Shown here: piece after piece, positions 8,722 to 18,260 of the stretch
Layout of the letters: each line of letters begins with the position of its first letter
How positions within the stretch are numbered: the stretch's first letter is position 1
Source of the DNA: an uncultured bacterium
GTDB lineage: Bacteria; Chlamydiota; Chlamydiia; Chlamydiales; SM23-39
Length of the DNA: 64,000 nt
Assembly (NCBI GenBank): GCA_963716985.1
Contig: OY970323.1
Coordinates: forward strand, 1,457,942-1,521,941
Direction: 5' to 3'
Notes under the pieces: model-generated
Databases searched by the model: none
Seen by the model: the letters and a program-made list of their open reading frames with translations, nothing else
Told to the model about the DNA's origin: nothing
Translations under genes and position numbers: made by a program

Positions 8722-9843
8722 TTAGATTTGATCGGAGAAGATTTTTTGACGGACCTCTTTCATAAGATCGACCATGGAGTGCAAGTTATGAAGAGTTGCT
8801 AAAGTAAATGCTGCAAGTTCTCTTGCTTTGAAAAGATGGTGCAGATAGGCGCGGGTATAATGCCGGCATGTCCAACAAGTGCATCCCTCATCTATCGGGC
8901 GAAAACAGGTCGCGTTTTCTTTTTTAAGAATTTTGATATTTTCTTTTTTGGAAAGCAAAAGGCCATGGCGCGCTGCTTTTGTGGGATAGGAGCTGTCGAA
9001 GGTATCGATTCCGAGCGGTACGATCTGTTGCAACGATTGGAGGTCTCCGATCCCCAGCAGATGGCGCGATTTTTCTTCCGGGATATGCAGGAGCGTCGCT
9101 TGCAGCATGTGACACATTTCTTCTTTACTTTTCCCGACGCTTCCTCCCACTGCATAGCCATCAAAGCCAAGAGAGGTTAAAATCCGACAGCTTTCTTTGC
9201 GAAGATCGGGGTCTACTCCCCCATGAATGACTCCCCAGATCTGTTGATGTCTCGGATCTTTTTGATGAGCTTCCAATGAACGGCCCTCCCAACGATGGGT
9301 CCTTGCAAAGGATTTTTGAAGATTTTCTTTTGGCATATGATAGGGAGGAAGCTCGTCGAATGGAATGATGATGTCGGCGCCGAGCTTTTTTTGCGCTTCA
9401 ATCGACGTCTCCGGCGTTAAAAAAATCTTGGACCCATCGCGATAGGAGCGAAAGAGAACACCCTCCTCGTTGATCTTTAAAACGAGCGTTTCGCTCTTCT
9501 TTTTTCCCGAACTTTTCAACTCTTCCGCAACAGAGCCGTAAGCTAAAGAAAAAACCTGAAATCCCCCTGAGTCCGTAATGATGGGAAGATCGCGCTTCAT
9601 AAAACCATGAAGGCCGCCTGCCTTCTCTATCACGTCAACACCCGGTTGTAAAAGAAGATGGTAGGTGTTGCAAAAAAGCAGCTGCAGGCCGATGTCCGTT
9701 ACCATTTGCGTATCGAGAGCTTTGATCGTGCCATTGGTTCCGACCGCCACAAAATTGGGAGTCTCGATAATCCCATGCGCCGTATGGATCCTTCCGACTC
9801 GTGCTTTGGAGATTTTCGATCGATGAAGAATTTCAAAGTTCAT
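8722..9843 (-). CDS. tgt: tRNA-guanine transglycosylase (chlamydial queuine-inserting type)
   Basis: CNTYHL, TDSGGFQVFSL, DTFDSSYPT, CxCxxC...H zinc site. Start moved to MNFEILH at 9843. Confidence 0.95.
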   Translation of the reverse strand: MNFEILHRSKISKARVGRIHTAHGIIETPNFVAVGTNGTIKALDTQMVTDIGLQLLFCNTYHLLLQPGVDVIEKAGGLHGFMKRDLPIITDSGGFQVFSLAYGSVAEELKSSGKKKSETLVLKINEEGVLFRSYRDGSKIFLTPETSIEAQKKLGADIIIPFDELPPYHMPKENLQKSFARTHRWEGRSLEAHQKDPRHQQIWGVIHGGVDPDLRKESCRILTSLGFDGYAVGGSVGKSKEEMCHMLQATLLHIPEEKSRHLLGIGDLQSLQQIVPLGIDTFDSSYPTKAARHGLLLSKKENIKILKKENATCFRPIDEGCTCWTCRHYTRAYLHHLFKARELAAFTLATLHNLHSMVDLMKEVRQKIFSDQI

Positions 9844-10504
9844 CTTGCGCCTGCCCGATGAAAGATTGCGCAAAGGGAAGAAAAAGAGCATATAAAATAA
9901 TCACAATCGCCTTGATGGCAAAGCTTATGACGATCACATCCAGAACAGAGGCCACCACCTTCCAAAGGCCCAAGACCGTAAACAAAACGGTATCGAGCAG
10001 CTGCGAACAAAGAAGAGAACTATTCATCCGAAGGAAAAAGTTTTTTTCTTTTCGCTTTTTCAAATAGCCGTACAACCAGCCGTCGAATCTTTGTACCACA
10101 TAAAAAACACACAAAGAGGCCATGACAATCCTCGGCGTTGCGGAAAAAATTTTGGAAAAAGCGAGATGGGTCTCGTCAAAAGAATTAGGAAGATAGAAAA
10201 CATGCATCTTGCTCATGCAGAGAAAAAAAAAGAGAGAAAAAAAGGAAAGGGCAATGGCCCTTTGCATCGCCTTGGCTCCGTAAATTTCTCGTATCAGATT
10301 GAGGCCCAAAAGAGCTCCCACAGCATAGACGTCGCTGCAGGTGACGTCTAATCCAAAAAGATGCATTTGTTTGACAAGGAAAAGGTTGGCAAAAAGAACC
10401 TGCAGCGCGACAAATAAATAAAGGGCATGGATCCCTCTTTTCAAAGAGAGCCATAAAAAACCCAGCACAAAAAAAAGATGTAAAAAGAAGATGCACTCGT
10501 TCAT
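9833..10504 (-). CDS. yhhQ: Queuosine-precursor transporter (YhhQ/VUT family)
   Basis: ANLFLVKQ, SDVYAVG, SQLLDTVLF; overlaps the tgt start. Start moved to MNECIFF at 10504. Confidence 0.85.
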   Translation of the reverse strand: MNECIFFLHLFFVLGFLWLSLKRGIHALYLFVALQVLFANLFLVKQMHLFGLDVTCSDVYAVGALLGLNLIREIYGAKAMQRAIALSFFSLFFFLCMSKMHVFYLPNSFDETHLAFSKIFSATPRIVMASLCVFYVVQRFDGWLYGYLKKRKEKNFFLRMNSSLLCSQLLDTVLFTVLGLWKVVASVLDVIVISFAIKAIVIILYALFLPFAQSFIGQAQDEL

Positions 10505-11098
10505 AAAACACTCATTAAGAATAACATCTTCTAGCTTATCTCGAAAGAAATAAAAAGAGAAAAACGGCCGGAGAAAATTCCTCTCCAACCGTTTTGAATA
10601 ATCGTTATGATCTGACGAACAGCCCCTCCATTCCGCCATTTGTGAAAAAAATATTCGAAAACTCCGCATTGTTTGGGGTTGGCGCTCGAGAAGGAGCTAT
10701 CTGCAGGAGAGGAGAAATGCTCGGAGCGCGAATGGACTGCTTCATCCAAAGCCCCCCCTCGCGCTCTTGAAGAGGGCCAGAAAATAAGCGTGTAGGAGTG
10801 TCAGAGAGTCTCCACCGGATCTTCTTCATTCTTGAAAAAAAAAGGAGAGGGACAAACATAGGGAGGAGGAACAAAACATCTACAAGCAAAGCAATAACGC
10901 TCGAGAGGAAAAGAGCATTTTTTTTCTAACCCTCAGGTAATGCTCCCTTCCGCCAAGGAGATGATGGGTGAAAAGCTGCACGATGGATTGACATAGAAAC
11001 AAACTTTTAATTTTTTATGATCATACATTTTAAACATTTCCATTCAATCTATTCACCAACTTTTCAAAACATCTCCTTTGAAGCCTACACAGATTCCT

Positions 11099-11665
11099 TC
11101 ATACTAAGCTATGTAGCTTTTTGCACGATGGCCAAACAGAACTTCCAAACTCATCTAAAACAGCCCCTGAAACTTCACTTGTGGGTTCATCGCAGCGCTC
11201 TCTTTTTTTGCTTTCTAAGCTTTCGGCCTTTGTCCCAATTTCCACATGCTGTTGTTTTTTGCATGCTGGCCAATCAAAACTTTCAACCTCAGCTGAAACG
11301 GCCTTTGAAACTTCACTTGCGGATTCACCATCTAATATCAACGGAGTAAAGGATCGAGTTGGGGGAGAACTTACTTTAAGACCAAGACATTCAAAGCACA
11401 CTGTTATTTTTTCAACCTCATCCTCCTGATCTTCTTCATCAGAATCTGGTTCCGTCTCTTTACGACACTCTGTTTCCTTCGCTCCAGGAACAAGAGCAGA
11501 CATCTCCACAATGTCTCTTCTCGAAAGAAACAAGCACGACGAGGGTTGAGGATTAAGAGGACGAGCACGATTTAAGAGAGAAGCGCAATTCTCTTTTTCT
11601 TTTTGAACTTGTGGAGCTTCTCCAACGCTCCTAAAAGGGCTCAGCCCATGGATTTTAAAACTCAT
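11099..11665 (-). CDS. Low-complexity hypothetical protein with an internal imperfect repeat; candidate secreted effector
   Basis: RBS-like AAGGTGG before ATG at 11665; acidic stretch; repeat SEVSKAV...WPACKK / SEVSGAV...WPSCKK. Confidence 0.6.
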   Translation of the reverse strand: MSFKIHGLSPFRSVGEAPQVQKEKENCASLLNRARPLNPQPSSCLFLSRRDIVEMSALVPGAKETECRKETEPDSDEEDQEDEVEKITVCFECLGLKVSSPPTRSFTPLILDGESASEVSKAVSAEVESFDWPACKKQQHVEIGTKAESLESKKRERCDEPTSEVSGAVLDEFGSSVWPSCKKLHSLV

Positions 11666-11817
11666 AAAAACCACCTTTTTAGTTATAAAATTTTTTAAAA
11701 TAATTATTTAACTTTTAAAGTTTATTATTAACAGACGTATTATAATCGATACTATTATTGCAAATTCGACATTATCGGGGTAAAAAAATCGTGCTCAATA
11801 ATAAATCACTAAGCAGC

Positions 11818-13038
11818 TTAACTTTGGAAGTCTGAAAAAAATGCAGTCGCTGACTCCCCAAGTTTTTCCCTGATCCGCTCGATTAAGGCTCGAGCAAATC
11901 GTCGGGACAGACTGTCCCAAGTAGTAACCCTATCGTCCACTTTCTTCAAGGAGCCTCTCAGAAGAGGATAGACCTCATCTTTCTCCGCCTCTTCCTCTCT
12001 AAAATCGATCAGAACCACCGCTCCATCCTCTCGAACCCGAAGATTGTCAGGCTGTAGATCCAGCGCCATGTCCTTCTGGGCCGCCTGAACAAAAATATTA
12101 GCAATACTCTCGACATAGGGTTCTATTTGCTCTTTTTGTTCGGTGGTAAAAGGTTGCTCTTGATTTCCCGTGATAAAAGGAAGTTTTTCCTGAATAGAAA
12201 AAGGAACATACTCCTCTTTGAAATAACCCTCTTCCAAAGGGTCGTTGTCAAGTTTGGCGCAAGGGATTTTAGCAGCTTCGCATTCCTCTCGTTGCTCAAG
12301 GGCATTTCGAGTCAATACTTGCAGGTTTTCTGTAAGAGTGCATTCAGGTTTATAAACTTTTATTACATGTGGCCCCTGCCGAAAAACATCTTTGTAATGA
12401 CCTCTAGAACTTAGAGAAATTAACTCATCTTTCAAGACGCGCTCCCTAGCTTCACAATAAAGTTTATTCCTCTGCGTCATCGCCGCGCTGGTGCGACGTT
12501 TCACGGGAGTTGGAGGACAAAGAGGTCCGCAAGCGCCAGAAAGAGCAGCTCGATCCATTCTCTCATCATCATCAAACCCATCTAGTGAAGGCATAGGTAG
12601 TGCTCGACGCTTGGGTGTTCCGGAAACAGCACGTGGCGCCGCAGGAGGAGTATGAGCCGCATCATCTACCTCCATACCCACAAACCCTTCAAGTGATGGT
12701 AGAGGCATGCGGCTGGGCGAAATAACAACTCCTGCTTGTTGTGCAGACGCAGCCGCCTTGGCCGCAGGAGAAGTAAAAGATTGCACCACTTTTGTAGGAG
12801 TTGCGGAAGATGCTGCAACCTGTTTCGTTCGTCTACGCAAAGGGGGAGAAGAGGGTTGTGGAGGAAAACTCCCTTTCCCCGCAAATCCTGTGGGGGAAAA
12901 AGGTGACAGAGAAACACCCACCTTCTGAGCGGTCTCTTCAGAAACTGATTTGCCCTTTCCTTTTTTGACAGGACGTTTCGGTGTTAAATCTTGTGGTGAC
13001 CCCAGTAAAGCATCGGCAACCGCGCCTATCCATTGCAT
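11818..13038 (-). CDS. 406-aa protein: disordered N-terminus plus C-terminal protein-kinase-like domain
   Basis: SRGHYKDVF loop, VIKV lysine, DLQPDN catalytic loop, LIDF. Confidence 0.7.
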   Translation of the reverse strand: MQWIGAVADALLGSPQDLTPKRPVKKGKGKSVSEETAQKVGVSLSPFSPTGFAGKGSFPPQPSSPPLRRRTKQVAASSATPTKVVQSFTSPAAKAAASAQQAGVVISPSRMPLPSLEGFVGMEVDDAAHTPPAAPRAVSGTPKRRALPMPSLDGFDDDERMDRAALSGACGPLCPPTPVKRRTSAAMTQRNKLYCEARERVLKDELISLSSRGHYKDVFRQGPHVIKVYKPECTLTENLQVLTRNALEQREECEAAKIPCAKLDNDPLEEGYFKEEYVPFSIQEKLPFITGNQEQPFTTEQKEQIEPYVESIANIFVQAAQKDMALDLQPDNLRVREDGAVVLIDFREEEAEKDEVYPLLRGSLKKVDDRVTTWDSLSRRFARALIERIREKLGESATAFFSDFQS

Positions 13039-13264
13039 AAAAAAACCCCATTTTTAAAAAATTATTTAATTAATTATAATATTTTAAAACATTTTCTTCA
13101 AGTTTATTCGCTTTTTATGTTCAAAAAATAAATTGTTGTTAAAATAATGTTTTACAACAAAAAAAAATTTTAATTTTCAAGTCCCCGGAGAAAAACAGGC
13201 TGAAAAACAGCAATTTTTTGAGAAAAAACCGAGGCATTTTACTCTAAAAAAAGAAAAAAACAAT

Positions 13265-15199
13265 CTATTTACCCAACGAAATATTTTCGATCGCAATTGG
13301 CTCGACCATTTCGGGAAGAGCAAGTGCGAAAATTTGGGAATAAAAATACTCTTCTGCCTCAAGACAACGTTTCATGTTCGCAGCATCGCAAAAACCATGC
13401 CCTTCATGATCAAAGAGAAGAAAAGCAGTGGCAATCCCTCTTTTCTTCAAAGACTCGAACATCTTTTGGGATTGCGCAGGAGGAACAATTTTATCTTCAG
13501 ACCCCTGGAAAAAAAGGATCGGGGCAGAAATCTTCTGCGTGAAATTGATGGGAGAGAGCTGTTCATAAAGATCTTTTTTTTCCGGATAGGGGCCCACCAG
13601 TCGATCGCCATAATGGGATTCGAATTTATGGGTCTCTTTGACAAGAGCTTCCAAATCGCTTACCCCATAGTAACTCACACCCGCTTGAAAAACGTCAAAA
13701 AAGGCAAGAGCTGCGAGAACCGTATATCCTCCGGCACTTCCCCCTTTAATGATCAGACGCCTTTCATCAACCAGGCCTTTGTTCGCTAAATAGCGGGCCA
13801 CAGCAATGCAGTCTTCTGCACTATACAACATGTGTCCAAAAATCTTTTCTCTGAACTGACGGCCATATCCCGTGCTTCCGCGATAATTCACATCCACCAC
13901 GGCAAATCCGCGATTGGTCCAAAACTGCACCCCTAAGCTCAATAAGGGGAAAACTTGCGCAGTGGGCCCGCCATGTGCGAGAACGATCAAAGGAGGCTTT
14001 TCTCCTTTTAATGGCTTTTGAGAGGAATTTTTTGGGGGATAATAAAAGCCGTAAGCAATCTCCTCTCCGCTGATTTCAAATTCGATCTGTTGGGGAATCG
14101 ATATTTCTTTCCTATCCAACTGCAGCTTTTTGGACTGTTTTAAAACTTTGAAGGTTTCCTCTTTTACATCCATCTGGACAATCGAAGGAAAGTCTACCGG
14201 AGAGGCGGCGATGAAAAAGGCGTGCTCGCTATCCGCAATCAGGCTGCTAAAATAGGTGAACGGTGTTTTGATTTTCCTATACGCATGAGACTCTACATCC
14301 AAAAGCAACAAATGGCCGATCCCCTTTTGGATATAGGAGCAAAGAATTTGATATCCTTTTTCTTTTGGGATCAAAGCATAAGTAGAAAGTCCATCGATCC
14401 ATTGAGGAACACCAAATTCCGCCTCAAAGGAAAGCATGGGCTCTATTTTCTTGTCCTGATAGCAATACAGATTCCAAAAACCGCTGATTTCATAGACAAA
14501 AAAGAGTTTTCCGTCAGGCGCCCACTGGGGTTGAAAAACCGAAGAGCCCCCTTCTCCCGCAACCACTTCTCCATCTCCCAATGAACCATCCTCTTTGATT
14601 GGACAAAGGGTCAGCTGCGCCCCATCCCATGGCATATTGGGATGGTCCCAACAGAGATAGGCCAGTTCAGATCCATTAGGACTTAGAGAAAGAGATGCGT
14701 AAAAATCTCTGCCTTGAGCCAACGCCTTTTTTTCTCTTGTCCGAAGATCGATGCTCACGATCGAATGGCGGCGCTCCCCCTTACCCTCTTCTTGGACGCA
14801 GATCAAACGATTTCTTTTTTGATCAAAGAGAATAGCTCCATAGCGAACGCTCTCTTTGTCAGTGAGGCGATGGATTTTTCTTTTAGAATCGATCCTGTAA
14901 ATACACTGGTCATTTTGATTGCAGAAGAAAATCAGGTCACCTGCAAGACAATAGGACTTTCCTCCATATTCATTGATTTTTGTTCGTGCGCTATAAGAAT
15001 CCGGCAAAAGATCCTCCTGCCCTTTCCCCGAAAGGGCAACTAGCATCACTTGCCCCTTTTTTGAAGGGTTCATCTCTTCAAAAAAAAGCTTGTTTCCGTG
15101 CAAAGAAAGATGGTTGAGACGAAGGTTATCTTCCACCACGATTTCAGAAGAAATTTTTGAAGCCCATGAGCCCGCCGGGGCTTCGCTCAGCTCAATCAT
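13265..15199 (-). CDS. S9 family peptidase (dipeptidyl aminopeptidase / acylaminoacyl peptidase)
   Basis: HGGPT, GGSAGG nucleophile motif, QGSEDKIVP, EGHGF. Confidence 0.92.
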   Translation of the reverse strand: MIELSEAPAGSWASKISSEIVVEDNLRLNHLSLHGNKLFFEEMNPSKKGQVMLVALSGKGQEDLLPDSYSARTKINEYGGKSYCLAGDLIFFCNQNDQCIYRIDSKRKIHRLTDKESVRYGAILFDQKRNRLICVQEEGKGERRHSIVSIDLRTREKKALAQGRDFYASLSLSPNGSELAYLCWDHPNMPWDGAQLTLCPIKEDGSLGDGEVVAGEGGSSVFQPQWAPDGKLFFVYEISGFWNLYCYQDKKIEPMLSFEAEFGVPQWIDGLSTYALIPKEKGYQILCSYIQKGIGHLLLLDVESHAYRKIKTPFTYFSSLIADSEHAFFIAASPVDFPSIVQMDVKEETFKVLKQSKKLQLDRKEISIPQQIEFEISGEEIAYGFYYPPKNSSQKPLKGEKPPLIVLAHGGPTAQVFPLLSLGVQFWTNRGFAVVDVNYRGSTGYGRQFREKIFGHMLYSAEDCIAVARYLANKGLVDERRLIIKGGSAGGYTVLAALAFFDVFQAGVSYYGVSDLEALVKETHKFESHYGDRLVGPYPEKKDLYEQLSPINFTQKISAPILFFQGSEDKIVPPAQSQKMFESLKKRGIATAFLLFDHEGHGFCDAANMKRCLEAEEYFYSQIFALALPEMVEPIAIENISLGK

Positions 15200-15247
15200 G
15201 AAAAACTCCTAAAAAAAAATTTAATATCTTAAAAAAATAAAAACTTC

Positions 15248-17002
15248 GCAAGTGCTCATAAAACTGAGGTAAAAAACTTTAAGTTTCTTTGAGCCGCGAG
15301 GGAGCTCGCGACACGATTACTTGCGACAACCTGGGAATTTTACACAACCCGTTGATTCTGTCTTCAAGATATCCGAAAAAAGTGATTCCAAGCTTACAGC
15401 AAGTCTTTTTTAGGCTTACAAAAGTATCTCGACATTTTTGACCTTCTTCACTACGAGTCCCTCCGGATACTTTCCGCTTAACCACCATCTCTCGAGCATC
15501 GGTTTCGGTTCCATTATTGTGAAGGGGGGTGTCTGGTTTCTCTAATACCCTGAGCAATTCGTCCTTTTTTTCATAAGTTTTTGCCAGCTGTTTGTTTAGG
15601 GTGGGACTGATGGTTTTCTTTTTTGAGAATAAATTGTCAAAATTCTGCTCGAGAATCAATTTTAGGCTTTCAGAGGGCGCGAGTTTGTATTCCTGCAGCC
15701 CCTTGTATAAATCCCAAATTTCTCCCCGGACTTGCTCGATTGCTTTGCGTGTTGCTTCGTCAAAGGGAATGAGTTTTCGATAATGCCTCTCCTCATGGAT
15801 CCAACATAAAGATCGAACGAAGACATTGAATTGCCCTGCATCATCTCCATGCACTCCAAGATCTCTTGGTATGCCATTTTCTATCAGGCTCGCGAATAGG
15901 GCGGCCTCGGTTACAAGTTTTATGTCGCTTTCTGACTTGATGTTTATTGCGAGTAAAAATTTCTCCCATTCTATTTGATTCATGGATCGATATCGGGCCT
16001 GCAAAAGGAGGTATCCTCCTAACCAACTCGAGGGTTTTAGGGTCTCAATGTAGTCTGCAGTGTCTTCATTGATAAGATATCGAGGAGCCGTCCCATGCAA
16101 TATCTTGAGAAAATTTATGCGACTTTTGCTTTCTGTCGACACAATGTAGGTAAAATATTCGTTCCCTATGATCGTCGAGTAGCCATTATGCCCTCGGTGG
16201 CGAGCGCCGGTGTCGTCTACTTTTACTTGTCCTGTAGCTGCTATCCCCGCGGACAATAGCTCGTTCTTTTCCTGATGGAAGGCTTCCTTTCCTTGGATCA
16301 AAATATTGCTCAACTGTCCTTCGGAGATCAATACGCCAATTTCTTTCAACTGTGCAAACAGCAGAGGTTCTGTAATACGACAGCCATAATATTGGTGCAA
16401 AACGTAGCTGATCAATTGAGGGCCATAATGTCCCTGGATATTTTGCGGCAATTTACCTGTTAAGTAAGTGCCATCAGGCAATTGCCATCGCTCGAGTTCG
16501 TATATGGTATTGTAAGGCTGAAGAATGATGTCCTGTACGGTAAATTTCTGACATCCTTTGAAGGTAGCTCCTTCGGGAACTGATTCGGGCTTAATGCGAC
16601 TTCTGGTATGTATCTCAAGTTTTTTGGTTTTTTTACGTCGAGGATGCATCCCCCTGGAGAGTTTATTTTTGTCGTTTTGCTTATCTTTGCTTTGTTGCCC
16701 CTCTAAAGTGCTGGGAGGAATCTTTGGACGGGGCTTTTGTCCCTTGAGAATTGCAATCTCATCTTTTAGTCGTTGGATTTCTTCGTGCTGAAATGAAATG
16801 GTGTTCAAAGCAATGTCGAGGCGATCTCTTAGGCGTCGATCTTCTTCAGCGAGCTGGGTATTTTGCTCTAAAATTCGTTGAATGAGGTCATTGTTATTCT
16901 GCATAAGCAAGTAAATTTACGATGACGAACGATTAAAGAAAAGATTTATATTTTTTTAGGATCTAAGAATGAGGTATTTACCTCAACTTTTTGAGCACTT
17001 GC
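15248..17002 (-). mobile_element. IS66-family single-ORF IS, copy 1, 1755 bp
   Basis: TIRs GCAAGTGCTCA...GAGGTAAA (23/26). 8-bp TSD AAAACTTC at 15240-15247 and 17003-17010. Confidence 0.93.
15279..16910 (-). CDS. IS66-family transposase, 543 aa
   Basis: N-terminal coiled coil; DDTGARH, LCWIHEERH, LHNNGTETDAR...KRKVSGGTRS. Confidence 0.9.
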   Translation of the reverse strand: MLMQNNNDLIQRILEQNTQLAEEDRRLRDRLDIALNTISFQHEEIQRLKDEIAILKGQKPRPKIPPSTLEGQQSKDKQNDKNKLSRGMHPRRKKTKKLEIHTRSRIKPESVPEGATFKGCQKFTVQDIILQPYNTIYELERWQLPDGTYLTGKLPQNIQGHYGPQLISYVLHQYYGCRITEPLLFAQLKEIGVLISEGQLSNILIQGKEAFHQEKNELLSAGIAATGQVKVDDTGARHRGHNGYSTIIGNEYFTYIVSTESKSRINFLKILHGTAPRYLINEDTADYIETLKPSSWLGGYLLLQARYRSMNQIEWEKFLLAINIKSESDIKLVTEAALFASLIENGIPRDLGVHGDDAGQFNVFVRSLCWIHEERHYRKLIPFDEATRKAIEQVRGEIWDLYKGLQEYKLAPSESLKLILEQNFDNLFSKKKTISPTLNKQLAKTYEKKDELLRVLEKPDTPLHNNGTETDAREMVVKRKVSGGTRSEEGQKCRDTFVSLKKTCCKLGITFFGYLEDRINGLCKIPRLSQVIVSRAPSRLKET

Positions 17003-17074
17003 AAAACTTCTCTTTCGTTGACCTAAATAATTTCACAAAGGTAAAATTTAGTTCTTCTAAATAAAAGGACCCGC

Positions 17075-18034
17075 ATGTCGGTTTTCTTAATACTTTTTAC
17101 TTATGCCGCTTGGACAACCATGTTTTCTCTAGCTAAGCAAACACTGCAGCTCTGTCCCCCCATTTTTCTAACCGGCGTCCGCATGATCTTGGCGGGAGTT
17201 CTTCTTTTAGCCTATCTGGCTATTTTTAAAAGAAACCTTTTAAAAATACAAAAGAAAGATCTATTGCCCCTCATTCTTTTGGCCCTTTTAAGCATGTACC
17301 TGACCAACGTCTTTGAATTTTGGGGACTCCAGCACCTCTCCGCTGCAAAAACATGCTTTATCTATAGCCTTTCTCCCTTTTTTGCGGCCTTCTTTTCCTA
17401 TTTGCACTTCAAAGAAAAAATGAATATGCGCAAATGGATGGGAATGCTCATTGGCTTTTTCGGAGTGGTCTCTTCCTTCTTTTTTCAGTCAGATTCGGAA
17501 AAATCTTTGGGCGGCATCGGCTTTATCTCCTGGCCGGAACTTGCCTTAGTGGCAGCAGCGCTTTGCTCCGTTTATGGATGGGTACTTTTGCGCATTCTCG
17601 TCAAAGACACCGACAATACAAAGAAACCCCTCTCCCCTCTTTTTGTCAATGGGTCCACCATGCTCATGGGCGGTTTTTTTGCGCTGATCCACTCTTTTTT
17701 TGTCGATTCTTGGAATCCCTCTCCCGTTCCGCAAGAGCACATAGGGGCATTTGTCAAAGAAATATTACTCATGACCTTTATCTCGAACATACTCTGCTAC
17801 AATCTCTACGGCCTTCTCTTAAAAAAATTTACAGCTACTATCCTTTCCTTCTTTGGCCTCTTAAGCCCCTTCTTTACTACCCTGACCAGCTGGTTCATCC
17901 TGGGTGAAAAGCCCTCCCTTGCGATCTGTCTTTCCAGTTGCATCGTTCTTTTTGGCCTTTGGATCGTCTATCGCGAAGAGCTTCGTCTAGGGTATATGCA
18001 AAAAATTCCCGAAAAGGAAGAAGTTGCTTCATAA
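17075..18034 (+). CDS. DMT/EamA-family transporter
   Basis: About ten TM segments in two EamA repeats; YSLSPFF and LSPFFT motifs. Confidence 0.9.
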   Translation: MSVFLILFTYAAWTTMFSLAKQTLQLCPPIFLTGVRMILAGVLLLAYLAIFKRNLLKIQKKDLLPLILLALLSMYLTNVFEFWGLQHLSAAKTCFIYSLSPFFAAFFSYLHFKEKMNMRKWMGMLIGFFGVVSSFFFQSDSEKSLGGIGFISWPELALVAAALCSVYGWVLLRILVKDTDNTKKPLSPLFVNGSTMLMGGFFALIHSFFVDSWNPSPVPQEHIGAFVKEILLMTFISNILCYNLYGLLLKKFTATILSFFGLLSPFFTTLTSWFILGEKPSLAICLSSCIVLFGLWIVYREELRLGYMQKIPEKEEVAS

Positions 18035-18048
18035 CTCCAACCGACTGG

Positions 18049-18077
18049 TTGATTTTTATTAAAAATGTTAGTAAAAT
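18049..18077 (+). promoter_or_regulatory. Sigma66/70-type promoter of the first M48 paralog
   Basis: TTGATT-17 nt-TAAAAT; near copy of 20847-20875. Confidence 0.6.
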
Positions 18078-18260
18078 ATGTTAAAAGTTTTAACTTTTGA
18101 TACAATTTAAAACAAAGTTTATTAAGAACTCTACCGTGTCTGTAAAATTTGAATTTGACTCGGGGATCAGTTGGTATACAAAATACCGTGTTCGCCATAT
18201 GGCTGAAAAAATGCATGTGAAAAGCTGGCGAACATTTCATGTGACTTTGGGCAAACCCTG

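Noticed and set aside
10505-10920. preQ1 riboswitch or small ORF upstream of yhhQ-tgt
   Set aside because: No preQ1 motif was recognised, and the short ORFs (10531-10749, 10605-10889) lack convincing starts or homology.
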